From: Promethearchaeota archaeon
GTDB taxonomy: Archaea; Asgardarchaeota; Lokiarchaeia; Sigyniarchaeales; SOKP01
Direction of reading: 5' to 3'
Length of the DNA stretch: 23,975 nucleotides
Assembly: GCA_048940645.1 (NCBI GenBank)
Contig: JBHLOI010000048.1
Span: forward strand, 1 to 23,975
The stretch's first letter is position 1. Every line of letters begins with the position of its first letter. Shown in pieces: positions 1 to 8,575 of this stretch. Made by a program: the position numbers and the translations under genes. Under the pieces are notes generated by a model. It was not told where the DNA came from. It was given only the letters and a program-made list of their open reading frames with translations, and did no database searches.

Positions 1-1
1 A

Positions 2-589
2 GGTGCTTTAGCAAGAAAATATTGGCATTTTGATGAAGCTAGTTCTCAAAAGTTTGTTGGTTATAAATTAAATTTAGTTCAATTCTGTAATGTATATAGT
101 GTTTCGAGAGAAGCAATTAATTATTTAGCTAGAATCAAATTAATAAAGAGCGATTTTGGATTCTATTTAATAAAACGGGAATCTAATGATTTCTTTTTTC
201 ATGAGGAAGATTTAGTAGGAACCACAACAATAAGACTCATTAAAGATAGACTAATTGACGAGATAATTAATCTCCAAGAAGGCATCTATGATATGATTTA
301 TGATTTAGATATTATAGCTGAAGAAATAACCGATCAATTAAAGGAGATGGGTTTAATATGGGATGCTATTGAAGAACAATTTCAGTTATTGGTTTTAAAT
401 CTAATTATTAAAAATGCTATCGAAATGGGATTTTTAGATATAGAGAGAGAGAAATTAATGGAAGTGATTTCACAATCACATAAATTATCTAAGTCTGAAG
501 AGGGAAAATTACTTCAAAAAAATATTGTAAATGGTTTGAAAATTGAGTTGAATTTAAATATCCTTACATTAATACCGGATTCTATCTAA
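2..589 (+). CDS. Hypothetical protein, 5'-truncated by the window edge
   Basis: The frame of the listed 293..589 ORF is open without stops from position 2 (GALARKYWHFDEASSQKFVGYKLNLVQFCNVY...EGIYDMIYDLDII...), so the gene begins upstream of the window. Its stop overlaps the convergent nadA stop. Family not recognised. Confidence 0.7.
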   Translation, partial: GALARKYWHFDEASSQKFVGYKLNLVQFCNVYSVSREAINYLARIKLIKSDFGFYLIKRESNDFFFHEEDLVGTTTIRLIKDRLIDEIINLQEGIYDMIYDLDIIAEEITDQLKEMGLIWDAIEEQFQLLVLNLIIKNAIEMGFLDIEREKLMEVISQSHKLSKSEEGKLLQKNIVNGLKIELNLNILTLIPDSI

Positions 590-1530
590 GAAAGTAGGAG
601 CATTTTTTCTATTGGTTGTATAGCTTTTTTAGCAATTTCTAAAGGTACTTTTACTTCATGAAATTTATCATCTAAATTTTCTAACAGATATTTAATTAGT
701 TCGAGATTATGCTTTTTCATATTATAACAGATTAATTTCTCCTTTGCCAAATAATATTTTTTATCGGGAAAATCCTGTGACATCCTTTCAAGTAAGCCTA
801 TTTCTGTTCCAATTATAAATTCATGTTCGTCAGAATGGGAATTCTTGATTCTATTATACATTTGAGAGGTAGAACCAACAAAATCAGCGAAATCTCTCAC
901 CTCTCTTATGCATTCCGGGTGAACAAGAACTTTTGCATCTGGATATTGACTTTTTGTAGCCTTAATATCTTCAATACTAATTTGAGAATGTACATAACAA
1001 TGGCCTTCTGGTGGCATTTTAATTGTTTTAACTTTTGAGAATTGTTCAGCATAGTCAGCTAAATGTGCATCTGGTCCAAATAAAACTTTATTTACTTCAA
1101 ATTCTTCACTTATTTTCTTAACCACCTTGACAGCATTTGCTGATGTGCAGCAAATGTCAGATTCAGCCTTGACAGCAGCAGTAGAATTAACATATACTAC
1201 AGTTGGGGTCTCGGGAAAGTTCCTTTTAAATTCAAGTACTTTTTCTGGTGTAAGAAAAGCAGCCATGGGACAGCATGATTCAGGATTGGGAATTAAAACA
1301 TGTTTATCTTGGTTCAATATAGAAGCAGTTTCGGCCATAAAATCTACACCTGCAAATATAATGTATTCAGTATTAGCCTCGTCTTTGGCAATTCTTGATA
1401 ATCCAAGAGAATCTCCTAAAAAATCTGCAATTTCTTGAATTTCTATTGGTTGATAATAATGTGCTAGGATTATTACATCATTTTGGTTTTTTAATTTTAA
1501 AATTTCTTCTTGTAAATGTTTAACATTCAT
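586..1530 (-). CDS. nadA: Quinolinate synthase A ([4Fe-4S])
   Basis: Motifs ILAHYYQ, ADFLGDSLGL, GVDFMAETA, YVNSTAAVKA, FGPD, HPEC and GTE. Three cluster-ligating Cys in CPMA, HCYVH and CYNMK. Confidence 0.97.
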   Translation of the reverse strand: MNVKHLQEEILKLKNQNDVIILAHYYQPIEIQEIADFLGDSLGLSRIAKDEANTEYIIFAGVDFMAETASILNQDKHVLIPNPESCCPMAAFLTPEKVLEFKRNFPETPTVVYVNSTAAVKAESDICCTSANAVKVVKKISEEFEVNKVLFGPDAHLADYAEQFSKVKTIKMPPEGHCYVHSQISIEDIKATKSQYPDAKVLVHPECIREVRDFADFVGSTSQMYNRIKNSHSDEHEFIIGTEIGLLERMSQDFPDKKYYLAKEKLICYNMKKHNLELIKYLLENLDDKFHEVKVPLEIAKKAIQPIEKMLLLS

Positions 1531-1569
1531 TTTTTTTCTCTAAATATTTGTTTAATTTGATATCAATAA

Positions 1570-2784
1570 TTAAATAATATTATATTTCTCAAAAATCTCC
1601 GAAAAGGCTGAAACAAAATGTTTTACTTGATTCCATGAAAGACCATATGTATTATATTTCATTTCTCGGGAAATACCTGGAGCCATTCCTATAATACCCC
1701 TTTCTTTAAATTCATCTCTAACAAAAAATCCTTTGCGTGGATGTGATTTAGCAATTTCTGCGAAACATTCTGTTTTTATATTTGTCAAAGGATGTATTTT
1801 TGGTAATTTTCCTACTATACTGATCCCATTAAGATTTTTAATCTGATTAACCACGTAATTCGCCTTTTTAGATTCTTCATCTACATTCCTTTTCTGTGTT
1901 CTCTTAACTATACTTGGAAAACTTGCCATTAGAGTAATTAGAGGAGCACCATAGACAGGAGGACAACCCAAAACTGTACAAATTTTATTTGGAAAAGATT
2001 TTGAAGTTAGGTTTCCTCTTATCTCAGAAAGTCTAACTATATCATCATAATAATGGCTATTAAATCCTAAGATTCCTATTGGCCCGGAAGCTGCCATTGA
2101 TTTATGACCACTGCAAGCAATGAAATCAATATGATTCTCAATACAGTTAATAGGTAATATTCCTGCAGAGTAAGCCGCATTCAAAAGAAACGGGATATCA
2201 TGATTTTTACAAATTTCCCCTATTGGTTTAGGATCATTATAATTTCCATATTTATAATCAACATGGGTTAAGACAATTAATAGGGGTAATTGACCTGTTT
2301 CTTTTTTAACTTCATTAATTATTTTCTCAAAATCCTCACTTTCCAAAATATAATGTGGTTCTCCTGAATTTGGTACTTCTTTGGCTTTTAACTTATTATT
2401 TTCAATTGCTAAATAGGTAGTATAATGTGCCAAACTATCTATTACAACAGTTCTTCTTTTGGGATATTTTTTAGCCAATGCTTCCATTACGAGGCGTTTT
2501 GATTCTCTTGCAGCAGCAGTAAGCATAACATTATCAGTACCTAAGAAAGTTGCCATGTCTTTTAAAAAATCAACAACCGGAGGATTATCGATTTCGTCAA
2601 TTCTCCCTTTAAGGCAGTTATCGCAAATTGAATAGCCATCTCCATAATTTATTAATGCTTTATAAGCTTCAGTAGTTAATAAGCCACCTCTTTGAATTGG
2701 ATGAATATTAATATACTCTTCATTTACTGATCGATAAAGATTTGAGTATTTTTGAACGAGTTTAATATTGTTCAATTTATCCAT
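1570..2784 (-). CDS. pscS: O-phospho-L-seryl-tRNA:Cys-tRNA synthase (SepCysS), PLP-dependent
   Basis: Family signature INIHPIQRGG...GDGYSICDNC.KGRID.I..PP, AHYTT, THVDYKYGN, LLNAAY, PLP lysine in SGHKSMAASGP, and third conserved Cys in LGC. Confidence 0.95.
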   Translation of the reverse strand: MDKLNNIKLVQKYSNLYRSVNEEYINIHPIQRGGLLTTEAYKALINYGDGYSICDNCLKGRIDEIDNPPVVDFLKDMATFLGTDNVMLTAAARESKRLVMEALAKKYPKRRTVVIDSLAHYTTYLAIENNKLKAKEVPNSGEPHYILESEDFEKIINEVKKETGQLPLLIVLTHVDYKYGNYNDPKPIGEICKNHDIPFLLNAAYSAGILPINCIENHIDFIACSGHKSMAASGPIGILGFNSHYYDDIVRLSEIRGNLTSKSFPNKICTVLGCPPVYGAPLITLMASFPSIVKRTQKRNVDEESKKANYVVNQIKNLNGISIVGKLPKIHPLTNIKTECFAEIAKSHPRKGFFVRDEFKERGIIGMAPGISREMKYNTYGLSWNQVKHFVSAFSEIFEKYNII

Positions 2785-2979
2785 TTTAATAACTTTTAAT
2801 TTATCAAAACCTTCTATATGAATAAATTATAAATTCAATATATATTTTATATAGAAGTTTTCCTCGTTTCAAAAAAGAGTAATAAAAATTAGAACTAACA
2901 TAATTATTTTAGGAAATCCATAATTATTTAATCTTTTATTTAATTCTAATTCAAAAGAGTAATTTTAAAGTGATTAAAT

Positions 2980-3525
2980 ATGCCAATAATTATGCCTAGT
3001 CCAAGAACAGGAAAGAAACCTCAGATACACGAATCTGTATTTATCGCACCTACTGCCGTCATTATTGGAGATGTATCTATTGATCAAGGTGCAAATATTT
3101 GGTTTGGTGCAGTGCTTAGAGGAGATTGGGGTACTATTAAAATAGGAAAGAACACTAGCATACAAGAAAATGTTACAATCCATAATGAAATTGGGTCCAC
3201 TGTTGAAATAGGCGATAATTGTATAATAGGTCATCACGCAATGGTCCATGGGCCTTGTACAATAGAAAATGGGTGTGTAATAGGTATTGGATCTAATGTT
3301 TTACATAGATCTATAGTTAGAGAAGGAGCTCAAATTGGCGCCGGAGCTGTTGTAGTTAATAAAGAAATCCCGCAACGAACATTAGCTGTTGGGGTTCCTG
3401 CAAAAGTCAAAAAGGAATTACCTCAGACTGGTAAATTAGTAGGAGCAAAAACATCTGATGATTATGCCAAAAATGGTGAAAACTTTAGAGAATTTTTTAC
3501 TATCAATCCTCAATATGAAAAATGA
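2980..3525 (+). CDS. Gamma-class carbonic anhydrase-like protein (CaiE/PaaY/YrdA family, left-handed beta-helix)
   Basis: FIAPTAVIIGDV.I....NIWFGAVLRGD, IQENVTIH and IGHHAMVHG (three metal-binding His), hexapeptide repeats, GVPAKV. Confidence 0.92.
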   Translation: MPIIMPSPRTGKKPQIHESVFIAPTAVIIGDVSIDQGANIWFGAVLRGDWGTIKIGKNTSIQENVTIHNEIGSTVEIGDNCIIGHHAMVHGPCTIENGCVIGIGSNVLHRSIVREGAQIGAGAVVVNKEIPQRTLAVGVPAKVKKELPQTGKLVGAKTSDDYAKNGENFREFFTINPQYEK

Positions 3526-3735
3526 TTATTCTTTTTTATTTTATTCCTTTATATTACTCAAAAGGTAAAAAACGATATATCTCAATATTATTTTAATATT
3601 AATATATCATCTTATTTAGAATAAACTAATATTGCATGAAAACAAACTCTAAAATATTTATATATTTAAAACGATTAAGTAATAATTAAAGGAATCTAAA
3701 ACTCAAAAATTTAAAAAAAAATTGGTTAGATATTT

Positions 3736-4263
3736 ATGAATTTTATAAAAACGTTTTTATTATCATTAGTGATTTACCTAGGATTGAATCTTGTATTCGG
3801 ACTCATCATAGTATATTCTTCCCCTTTAGCAAGTGTACCAGATGCAGCTGTTCTTATAATTTCATTCATGTTTGGTCCTATTACTACGTCTCCAGCTGTT
3901 GCTTGGGTTGATGGAGTTATATCATTAATTCAAACAACTGATCCTTTAATAGATACAATGATGTTTCTTTATTATGTAGTTCCTCCTATACTTACTGTAG
4001 TAATTAGTGGACTTATTGCGGATAGTACTACAATTGCATTTTTATCTTGGTTATTAATTGCATTAATTTGTACAGTGGTGTACGTAATTATTATTGGTCT
4101 AATCGGGTCTGATCCCACAAGTACTCTGTATTTTCTAGTATACATTAATTTGTGGTTTCTATATGGACCAACGGATTTGTATATAGCAATAATTCTATTT
4201 GGAATACTTAATTTATTTTTATATGGCTGTGTCTCATTCCTAGTTACTCGAAAGAAGTTATAA
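3736..4263 (+). CDS. Hypothetical integral membrane protein (about 5 TM)
   Basis: 175-aa ORF that is almost entirely hydrophobic, with a basic C-terminus (RKKL) and its own AT-rich upstream region. No family recognised. Confidence 0.7.
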   Translation: MNFIKTFLLSLVIYLGLNLVFGLIIVYSSPLASVPDAAVLIISFMFGPITTSPAVAWVDGVISLIQTTDPLIDTMMFLYYVVPPILTVVISGLIADSTTIAFLSWLLIALICTVVYVIIIGLIGSDPTSTLYFLVYINLWFLYGPTDLYIAIILFGILNLFLYGCVSFLVTRKKL

Positions 4264-4306
4264 CCAGAAAAAATCTAAAAATTTTATTTTTTTAATTTAT
4301 ATACTC

Positions 4307-5041
4307 TTAACTTGAGCAAATACAATTTTCATTTTTAATTAGATCTATTTTATCAAACATAAGATTAATAAGATTAACCATTAATAATTTATTTTCCAAA
4401 TTTGGTAAACCTAACGATGTCTTAATGACCTCTAGAGCTTCTAAAGTTCCTAAAATTCCAGGAGTTACTCCAATTACGGGTAAAGGCTCTACTCCTTGAT
4501 TAATTGTTTCTGGCTCATTAAAAACACATTGATAACAGGCAGTATGTTTTGGGTCAATCGTCATTATTTGACCGAAAAAATCTTTTATTCCAGCAATTAC
4601 ACATTTCAAATTATACTTAATAGCAATTTTATTAACTAAAAACTTGGTTTTGAAATTATCGCTACAGTCAACAATAAAATCTTGATCAATAATATACTTC
4701 TTAATAGAATTTTCCTCTATATAATCCTTATATACATTGATTTTAACTTCTGAATTAAAATTGGAAAGAACTTCCTTTGCAACCCGAATTTTTTCAATAC
4801 CGATATGATTTTCATTATATAAAATTTGACGTTGTAAATTAGAAATTGAAACAATATCATTATCTATTATAGTGAGTTCTCTAATACCTGCAGCGACTAG
4901 ATAGAAAGCAAATGGTGAGCCTAAACCTCCTGCTCCGACTTGAAGTACTTTTATTCTAGATAATTTTTCTTGACCATCTTCTCCTATAAGAGGAGATAAA
5001 ATTTGACGTGAATATCTTTCTTTTTGATGTTTGGTTAACAT
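4307..5041 (-). CDS. ThiF/MoeB/HesA family (UbaA-like) E1-type adenylyltransferase
   Basis: RYSRQI, GAGGLG nucleotide-binding loop, DNDIVSISNLQRQ, DCSDN, CYQC zinc motif and C-terminal CIC. ATG at 5041 preferred; an in-frame GTG at 5050 overlaps the upstream stop. Confidence 0.9.
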   Translation of the reverse strand: MLTKHQKERYSRQILSPLIGEDGQEKLSRIKVLQVGAGGLGSPFAFYLVAAGIRELTIIDNDIVSISNLQRQILYNENHIGIEKIRVAKEVLSNFNSEVKINVYKDYIEENSIKKYIIDQDFIVDCSDNFKTKFLVNKIAIKYNLKCVIAGIKDFFGQIMTIDPKHTACYQCVFNEPETINQGVEPLPVIGVTPGILGTLEALEVIKTSLGLPNLENKLLMVNLINLMFDKIDLIKNENCICSS

Positions 5042-5042
5042 T

Positions 5043-5417
5043 TTAATCACATTTCGTATAATTTTGTAGATTTTTTAAACATTCTTCAATTTCAATGAAT
5101 ATCAACCCTAAATCTAGGTTTATATCTACAAGTGAAACAATAATTACTTCTTCATCAACGCCAAAAATAATTAGCTGGTAATCATTGAATTCAACTGTTA
5201 TATTAACTAATTTGTCAGAAAATGTTGATATAGCTGTTTCCATTGCTCCAAACATAGTTGCTGCCATAGCACCAAATTTACGCTCATCAATATTTCTTGG
5301 CAGATTTGATAAAATTGTAAGGCCATTACGATTAACTATTGCTATACCTATAATTCCTCCTACAAGTATGAGCTTATCTAATTCCTTATTAAAATTCTCG
5401 ATCGTAATTGAATTCAT
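5043..5417 (-). CDS. Roadblock/LC7 (MglB/LAMTOR-like) domain protein
   Basis: GIIGIAIVNRNGLTILSNLP...KFGAMAATMFGAMETA...LGLI pattern typical of Roadblock/LC7. Start placed at ATG 5417 (MNSIT), about 25 nt downstream of a TATA-like element, rather than 5447. Confidence 0.85.
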   Translation of the reverse strand: MNSITIENFNKELDKLILVGGIIGIAIVNRNGLTILSNLPRNIDERKFGAMAATMFGAMETAISTFSDKLVNITVEFNDYQLIIFGVDEEVIIVSLVDINLDLGLIFIEIEECLKNLQNYTKCD

Positions 5418-5432
5418 TGAAATAAAAGCAAA

Positions 5433-5444
5433 TAATATTATAAA
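5433..5444 (-). promoter_or_regulatory. Putative TATA box for a leaderless roadblock-thiF transcript
   Basis: Minus strand reads TTTATAATATAT starting about 27 nt upstream of ATG 5417, typical archaeal leaderless spacing. The AT-rich background lowers specificity. Confidence 0.4.
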
Positions 5445-5519
5445 CAATTAATAATATGTATTATAAATAATTGCATGTAAAGTTTACTTTAGGACTTGAA
5501 AATAAAAGAAAATAAGTAT

Positions 5520-5720
5520 TTACCTATAAAAACCTTTATTTCCATTAAAAGGGCGATATCTATTTCTCCAACTCGGTTGTCTTAACTTTGCAGTTCTACC
5601 AAAGCCACAACTGGCACAAAATCTCTTTCTCCTGTGATAGCTATGCTTACCACATCTACGACATGTTTTATGAGATGCTGCTTTATTTTTCTTCCCCTTA
5701 CTTGGAGTACCTTTACCCAT
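5520..5720 (-). CDS. rpl37e: 50S ribosomal protein L37e (eL37)
   Basis: MGKGTPS.GK.N...H..CRRCG..SYH.....CASCGFG zinc-ribbon signature; lies downstream of an Lsm gene as in many archaea; AAGGTG SD-like element upstream. Confidence 0.97.
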   Translation of the reverse strand: MGKGTPSKGKKNKAASHKTCRRCGKHSYHRRKRFCASCGFGRTAKLRQPSWRNRYRPFNGNKGFYR

Positions 5721-5744
5721 TAATATAACACCTTATGATGAGCT

Positions 5745-6047
5745 TTACTCAAACTCTTCTCTATACATCAATTTATCTTCATCTGTATCAGAGAATATTA
5801 ATTTTTCCCGGTCTTGACCAATAAAAATTACTGAAGCACCTCTTATCATAACTGTTCCAAGGTCTTTGCTTCTTTTTCCTCCACGACCAAAATAGATTTC
5901 TTTTGCATTTTCAACAATTAAATTCATATAATTGTCAAACATCTTTAATTTTCCTGTTAAGTATGTGTTCCAAATCTTTAATTTTATACGAACTTCTGGT
6001 TTCAAAATTGCTTTACTTAGAGTTCTATGTATTGTTTGTTGAGACAT
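5745..6047 (-). CDS. Sm-like archaeal protein (Lsm/SmAP)
   Basis: Sm1 motif GKLKMFDNYMNLIVENAKE, Sm2 motif LGTVMIRG, and the conserved archaeal Lsm-rpl37e gene pair. Confidence 0.92.
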   Translation of the reverse strand: MSQQTIHRTLSKAILKPEVRIKLKIWNTYLTGKLKMFDNYMNLIVENAKEIYFGRGGKRSKDLGTVMIRGASVIFIGQDREKLIFSDTDEDKLMYREEFE

Positions 6048-6229
6048 TTTTGATCAGCGAGAATTAATAGAATATTCCATAAAATGTAATAAAAATATAA
6101 ATATTTTTTGATTACAGCTTTCCTATACATTCCATCATTTTTCTAAAAGATAAACATTTTTTTATTCTAAAGGATTTAATTAAGCACAATAATTAACTTA
6201 ATATTAATAATTAAGTTGGGGAGTTAGAT

Positions 6230-7267
6230 TTGCAAAAAATTGGTATTTTTGATAGTGGCGTCGAGACACCTGAAGAAATTGTGATGGCTGCTGGTTTCAC
6301 CCCTTATCGATTCTTTGGTGATCCTACATTGCAACCAGAAAGAGCTAATGAGCACATACCACCAACACATTGTATTTGGACTCGAAACCTCCTTGAACAA
6401 GCAATTAGAGGATTAAATGAAAATATAGTAGGAATAATCGGGACACATGGATGTGATAGAACTAATCGAGAGTTTGATATTTGGATTGAATGCCTAAATC
6501 TAGATTTTATGTTTTTTCTAAATTCTCCACGAAAACGTGATAATCTAGCCCTAAATTTCTTTAAAAATGATCTAAAAGAGCTCATTTTACGTTTAGAAGA
6601 ATGTTTTAATATTGATATTACATCGGCAAAATTAAAAGATGCCATTATAAAGATGAATAAAATTCGAAAGTTATTGAAAAAGATCTCTGACTATAGAAAC
6701 AAATTGGTTATTAAGGGTTCAGAATTTCATGAATTAGTTAAAAGTGCTCAATTTCAAGATAAAAACCAAGTATTAGAAAGCCTTGAGCAAAAGTTAGCAG
6801 AATTTGAATCTAGAACTCCTTTTTCAGGAGATAAGGTTAAAAGGGTTTTGCTTACTGGTTCTGAAATTGATGATACTAAATTTATAAAATTTCTTGAAGA
6901 TTTAGGATTTCATATTGTTATTGATGATTTGGGTGTTGGAACCAAATATTTCTGGAATTTAGTGGACGAAAATTCAGAACCAATTGAAGCTTTGGCTAAA
7001 TACCATTTAATAAAACCAATCAATTCTATTAAATATCCCTCTTATGAGAGATTTAACATTCTTGAAAAATTAACGGAAGATTATAAAGTTGATGGTGTGA
7101 TAAATATCGCACAGAAATTTTGTGAACCTGTTTTATATGATCACCCCTATTTAAATAAAAAATTTAAAGAACTTGAGATTCCCTACTTATTCATAGAAGT
7201 TACATATAATAGAGAATCCTATTCCCAATTATCAACCAGATTTTCAGCATTTGCTGAAATAATATGA
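6230..7267 (+). CDS. 2-hydroxyacyl-CoA dehydratase / benzoyl-CoA reductase family subunit (HgdB/FldC/BcrC-like)
   Basis: PEEIVMAAG, three Fe-S Cys (HCIW, HGCD, KFCEP), RVLLTGS, VDGVI, QLSTRFSAFAE; TTG start after a GGGGAG SD-like element. Confidence 0.88.
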   Translation: MQKIGIFDSGVETPEEIVMAAGFTPYRFFGDPTLQPERANEHIPPTHCIWTRNLLEQAIRGLNENIVGIIGTHGCDRTNREFDIWIECLNLDFMFFLNSPRKRDNLALNFFKNDLKELILRLEECFNIDITSAKLKDAIIKMNKIRKLLKKISDYRNKLVIKGSEFHELVKSAQFQDKNQVLESLEQKLAEFESRTPFSGDKVKRVLLTGSEIDDTKFIKFLEDLGFHIVIDDLGVGTKYFWNLVDENSEPIEALAKYHLIKPINSIKYPSYERFNILEKLTEDYKVDGVINIAQKFCEPVLYDHPYLNKKFKELEIPYLFIEVTYNRESYSQLSTRFSAFAEII

Positions 7268-7277
7268 GGATGGTAAA

Positions 7278-8540
7278 ATGTCAAAAGAAAAAACAAAACA
7301 TAGAAAGATGTTAAATGCAACACAAGGTTTAAAAAATGTAATGGGTAGGCACTTTTTAGCAATCGAGCAAGCATTTCGAGATGGAAAACCAATTGCTTGG
7401 GCAACATCAGGTAGTCCTGTAGAACTTCTATATGCCATGGATGTACAACCTATATTACCCGAAAATTCTGCAACCATCTCAGCAGCTCAAAAATATTCTA
7501 AAAATTTCATTGAAATTGCTGAGGCAGAAGGATTTTCATATGATTTATGTTCATATTTTAAAACTAATGTAGGAGCTGTATTAAGCAATGCTGATATAAC
7601 TAAAGGAGGTACCGGAAAACCAACCTTTATGTTATCTACAGATGTCATATGTGATACGCATGTTAATTGGTTTGAAGTTCAAGCCGAAAGATTAAATGTG
7701 CCTCATTATACACTAGATATACCACATGTTGTCAGTAATACTAATAATAGGCAATACAATTACTTTAAAAAATATATTGCAGAACAACTATATGATTTTC
7801 TTGATTTCATTCAAGAAGTTACTGGTAATGAATACAATGAAGAGAGAGCTAAACAAGTCTCACAGAATTCATGGGATTTAAGTATGGTATGGCAAGATAT
7901 CTATGAATTAAGAAAGGCTGTTCCGTGTCCAATGAGTACAAGAGATACTTTTGGCGGTTTATTTCCATTGTTTACAATGCCAGGTTTGAAGGAACCTATT
8001 AAACTATATAAAAGAATGTATCGCGAAGCTAAAACACGAGTAGATAACGGTATAGGAGCACTTGAAAAGGAGGAATTCCGCCTGATGTTCGAAGGTATTC
8101 CCTTTTGGTATAACCTCAAGTTCTTTGGCATGTTAGAAAAATGGAATTCTATTATAGTTTATGAACCTTATACATATGCATTTAGTAAATATATGAACCC
8201 TAATGTTACTAAAGAAATGGTTTTAGGTCAACCTATTGAAGCTATGTCTGAATTATTGCTAAGTTTTTGGTATATATATGATCTGAAAACACGTATCAAG
8301 AAATTTGAAGAAACTGTACGAGAATGGAAGATAGATGGAGTATTATTGCATGAAAATTTATCATGTCGACCAAATTCTTGTGGATTATACGATTTAAAAC
8401 GTCATTTAATGGATGATTACGATATCCCTTGCTTAGTAATCTCTAGTGATATGAATGACCCGAGAAAAATGAATGAAACTCAAGTTATCAATCAGATAGA
8501 AAGCTTTATTGAAATTCTTCGCAAAAGAATGAAAAAATAA
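7278..8540 (+). CDS. 2-hydroxyacyl-CoA dehydratase / benzoyl-CoA reductase family subunit (HgdA/FldB/BcrB-like)
   Basis: PVELLYAMD..PEN, EGFSYDLCSY, ICD, IDGVLLH..LSCRP, DMNDPR, QIESFIE; 10 nt downstream of its partner subunit. Confidence 0.88.
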   Translation: MSKEKTKHRKMLNATQGLKNVMGRHFLAIEQAFRDGKPIAWATSGSPVELLYAMDVQPILPENSATISAAQKYSKNFIEIAEAEGFSYDLCSYFKTNVGAVLSNADITKGGTGKPTFMLSTDVICDTHVNWFEVQAERLNVPHYTLDIPHVVSNTNNRQYNYFKKYIAEQLYDFLDFIQEVTGNEYNEERAKQVSQNSWDLSMVWQDIYELRKAVPCPMSTRDTFGGLFPLFTMPGLKEPIKLYKRMYREAKTRVDNGIGALEKEEFRLMFEGIPFWYNLKFFGMLEKWNSIIVYEPYTYAFSKYMNPNVTKEMVLGQPIEAMSELLLSFWYIYDLKTRIKKFEETVREWKIDGVLLHENLSCRPNSCGLYDLKRHLMDDYDIPCLVISSDMNDPRKMNETQVINQIESFIEILRKRMKK

Positions 8541-8575
8541 TATCTTAAATTAATATATACAAAAATATGAATTAG

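Noticed and set aside
293-589. Treating the 98-aa ORF as a complete gene
   Set aside because: The reading frame is open from the start of the window, so ATG 293 is most likely an internal Met of a longer gene.
1570-2784. Cysteine desulfurase or SepSecS assignment for the PLP enzyme
   Set aside because: The PIQRGG and GDGYS.CD.C motifs are diagnostic of SepCysS, and NifS/SufS motifs are absent.
3523-7276. Selenocysteine read-through of the TGA stops at 3523-3525 and 7265-7267
   Set aside because: Both proteins are already full length for their families. Read-through gives low-complexity sequence or an in-frame TAA two codons later, and I saw no SECIS-like hairpin.
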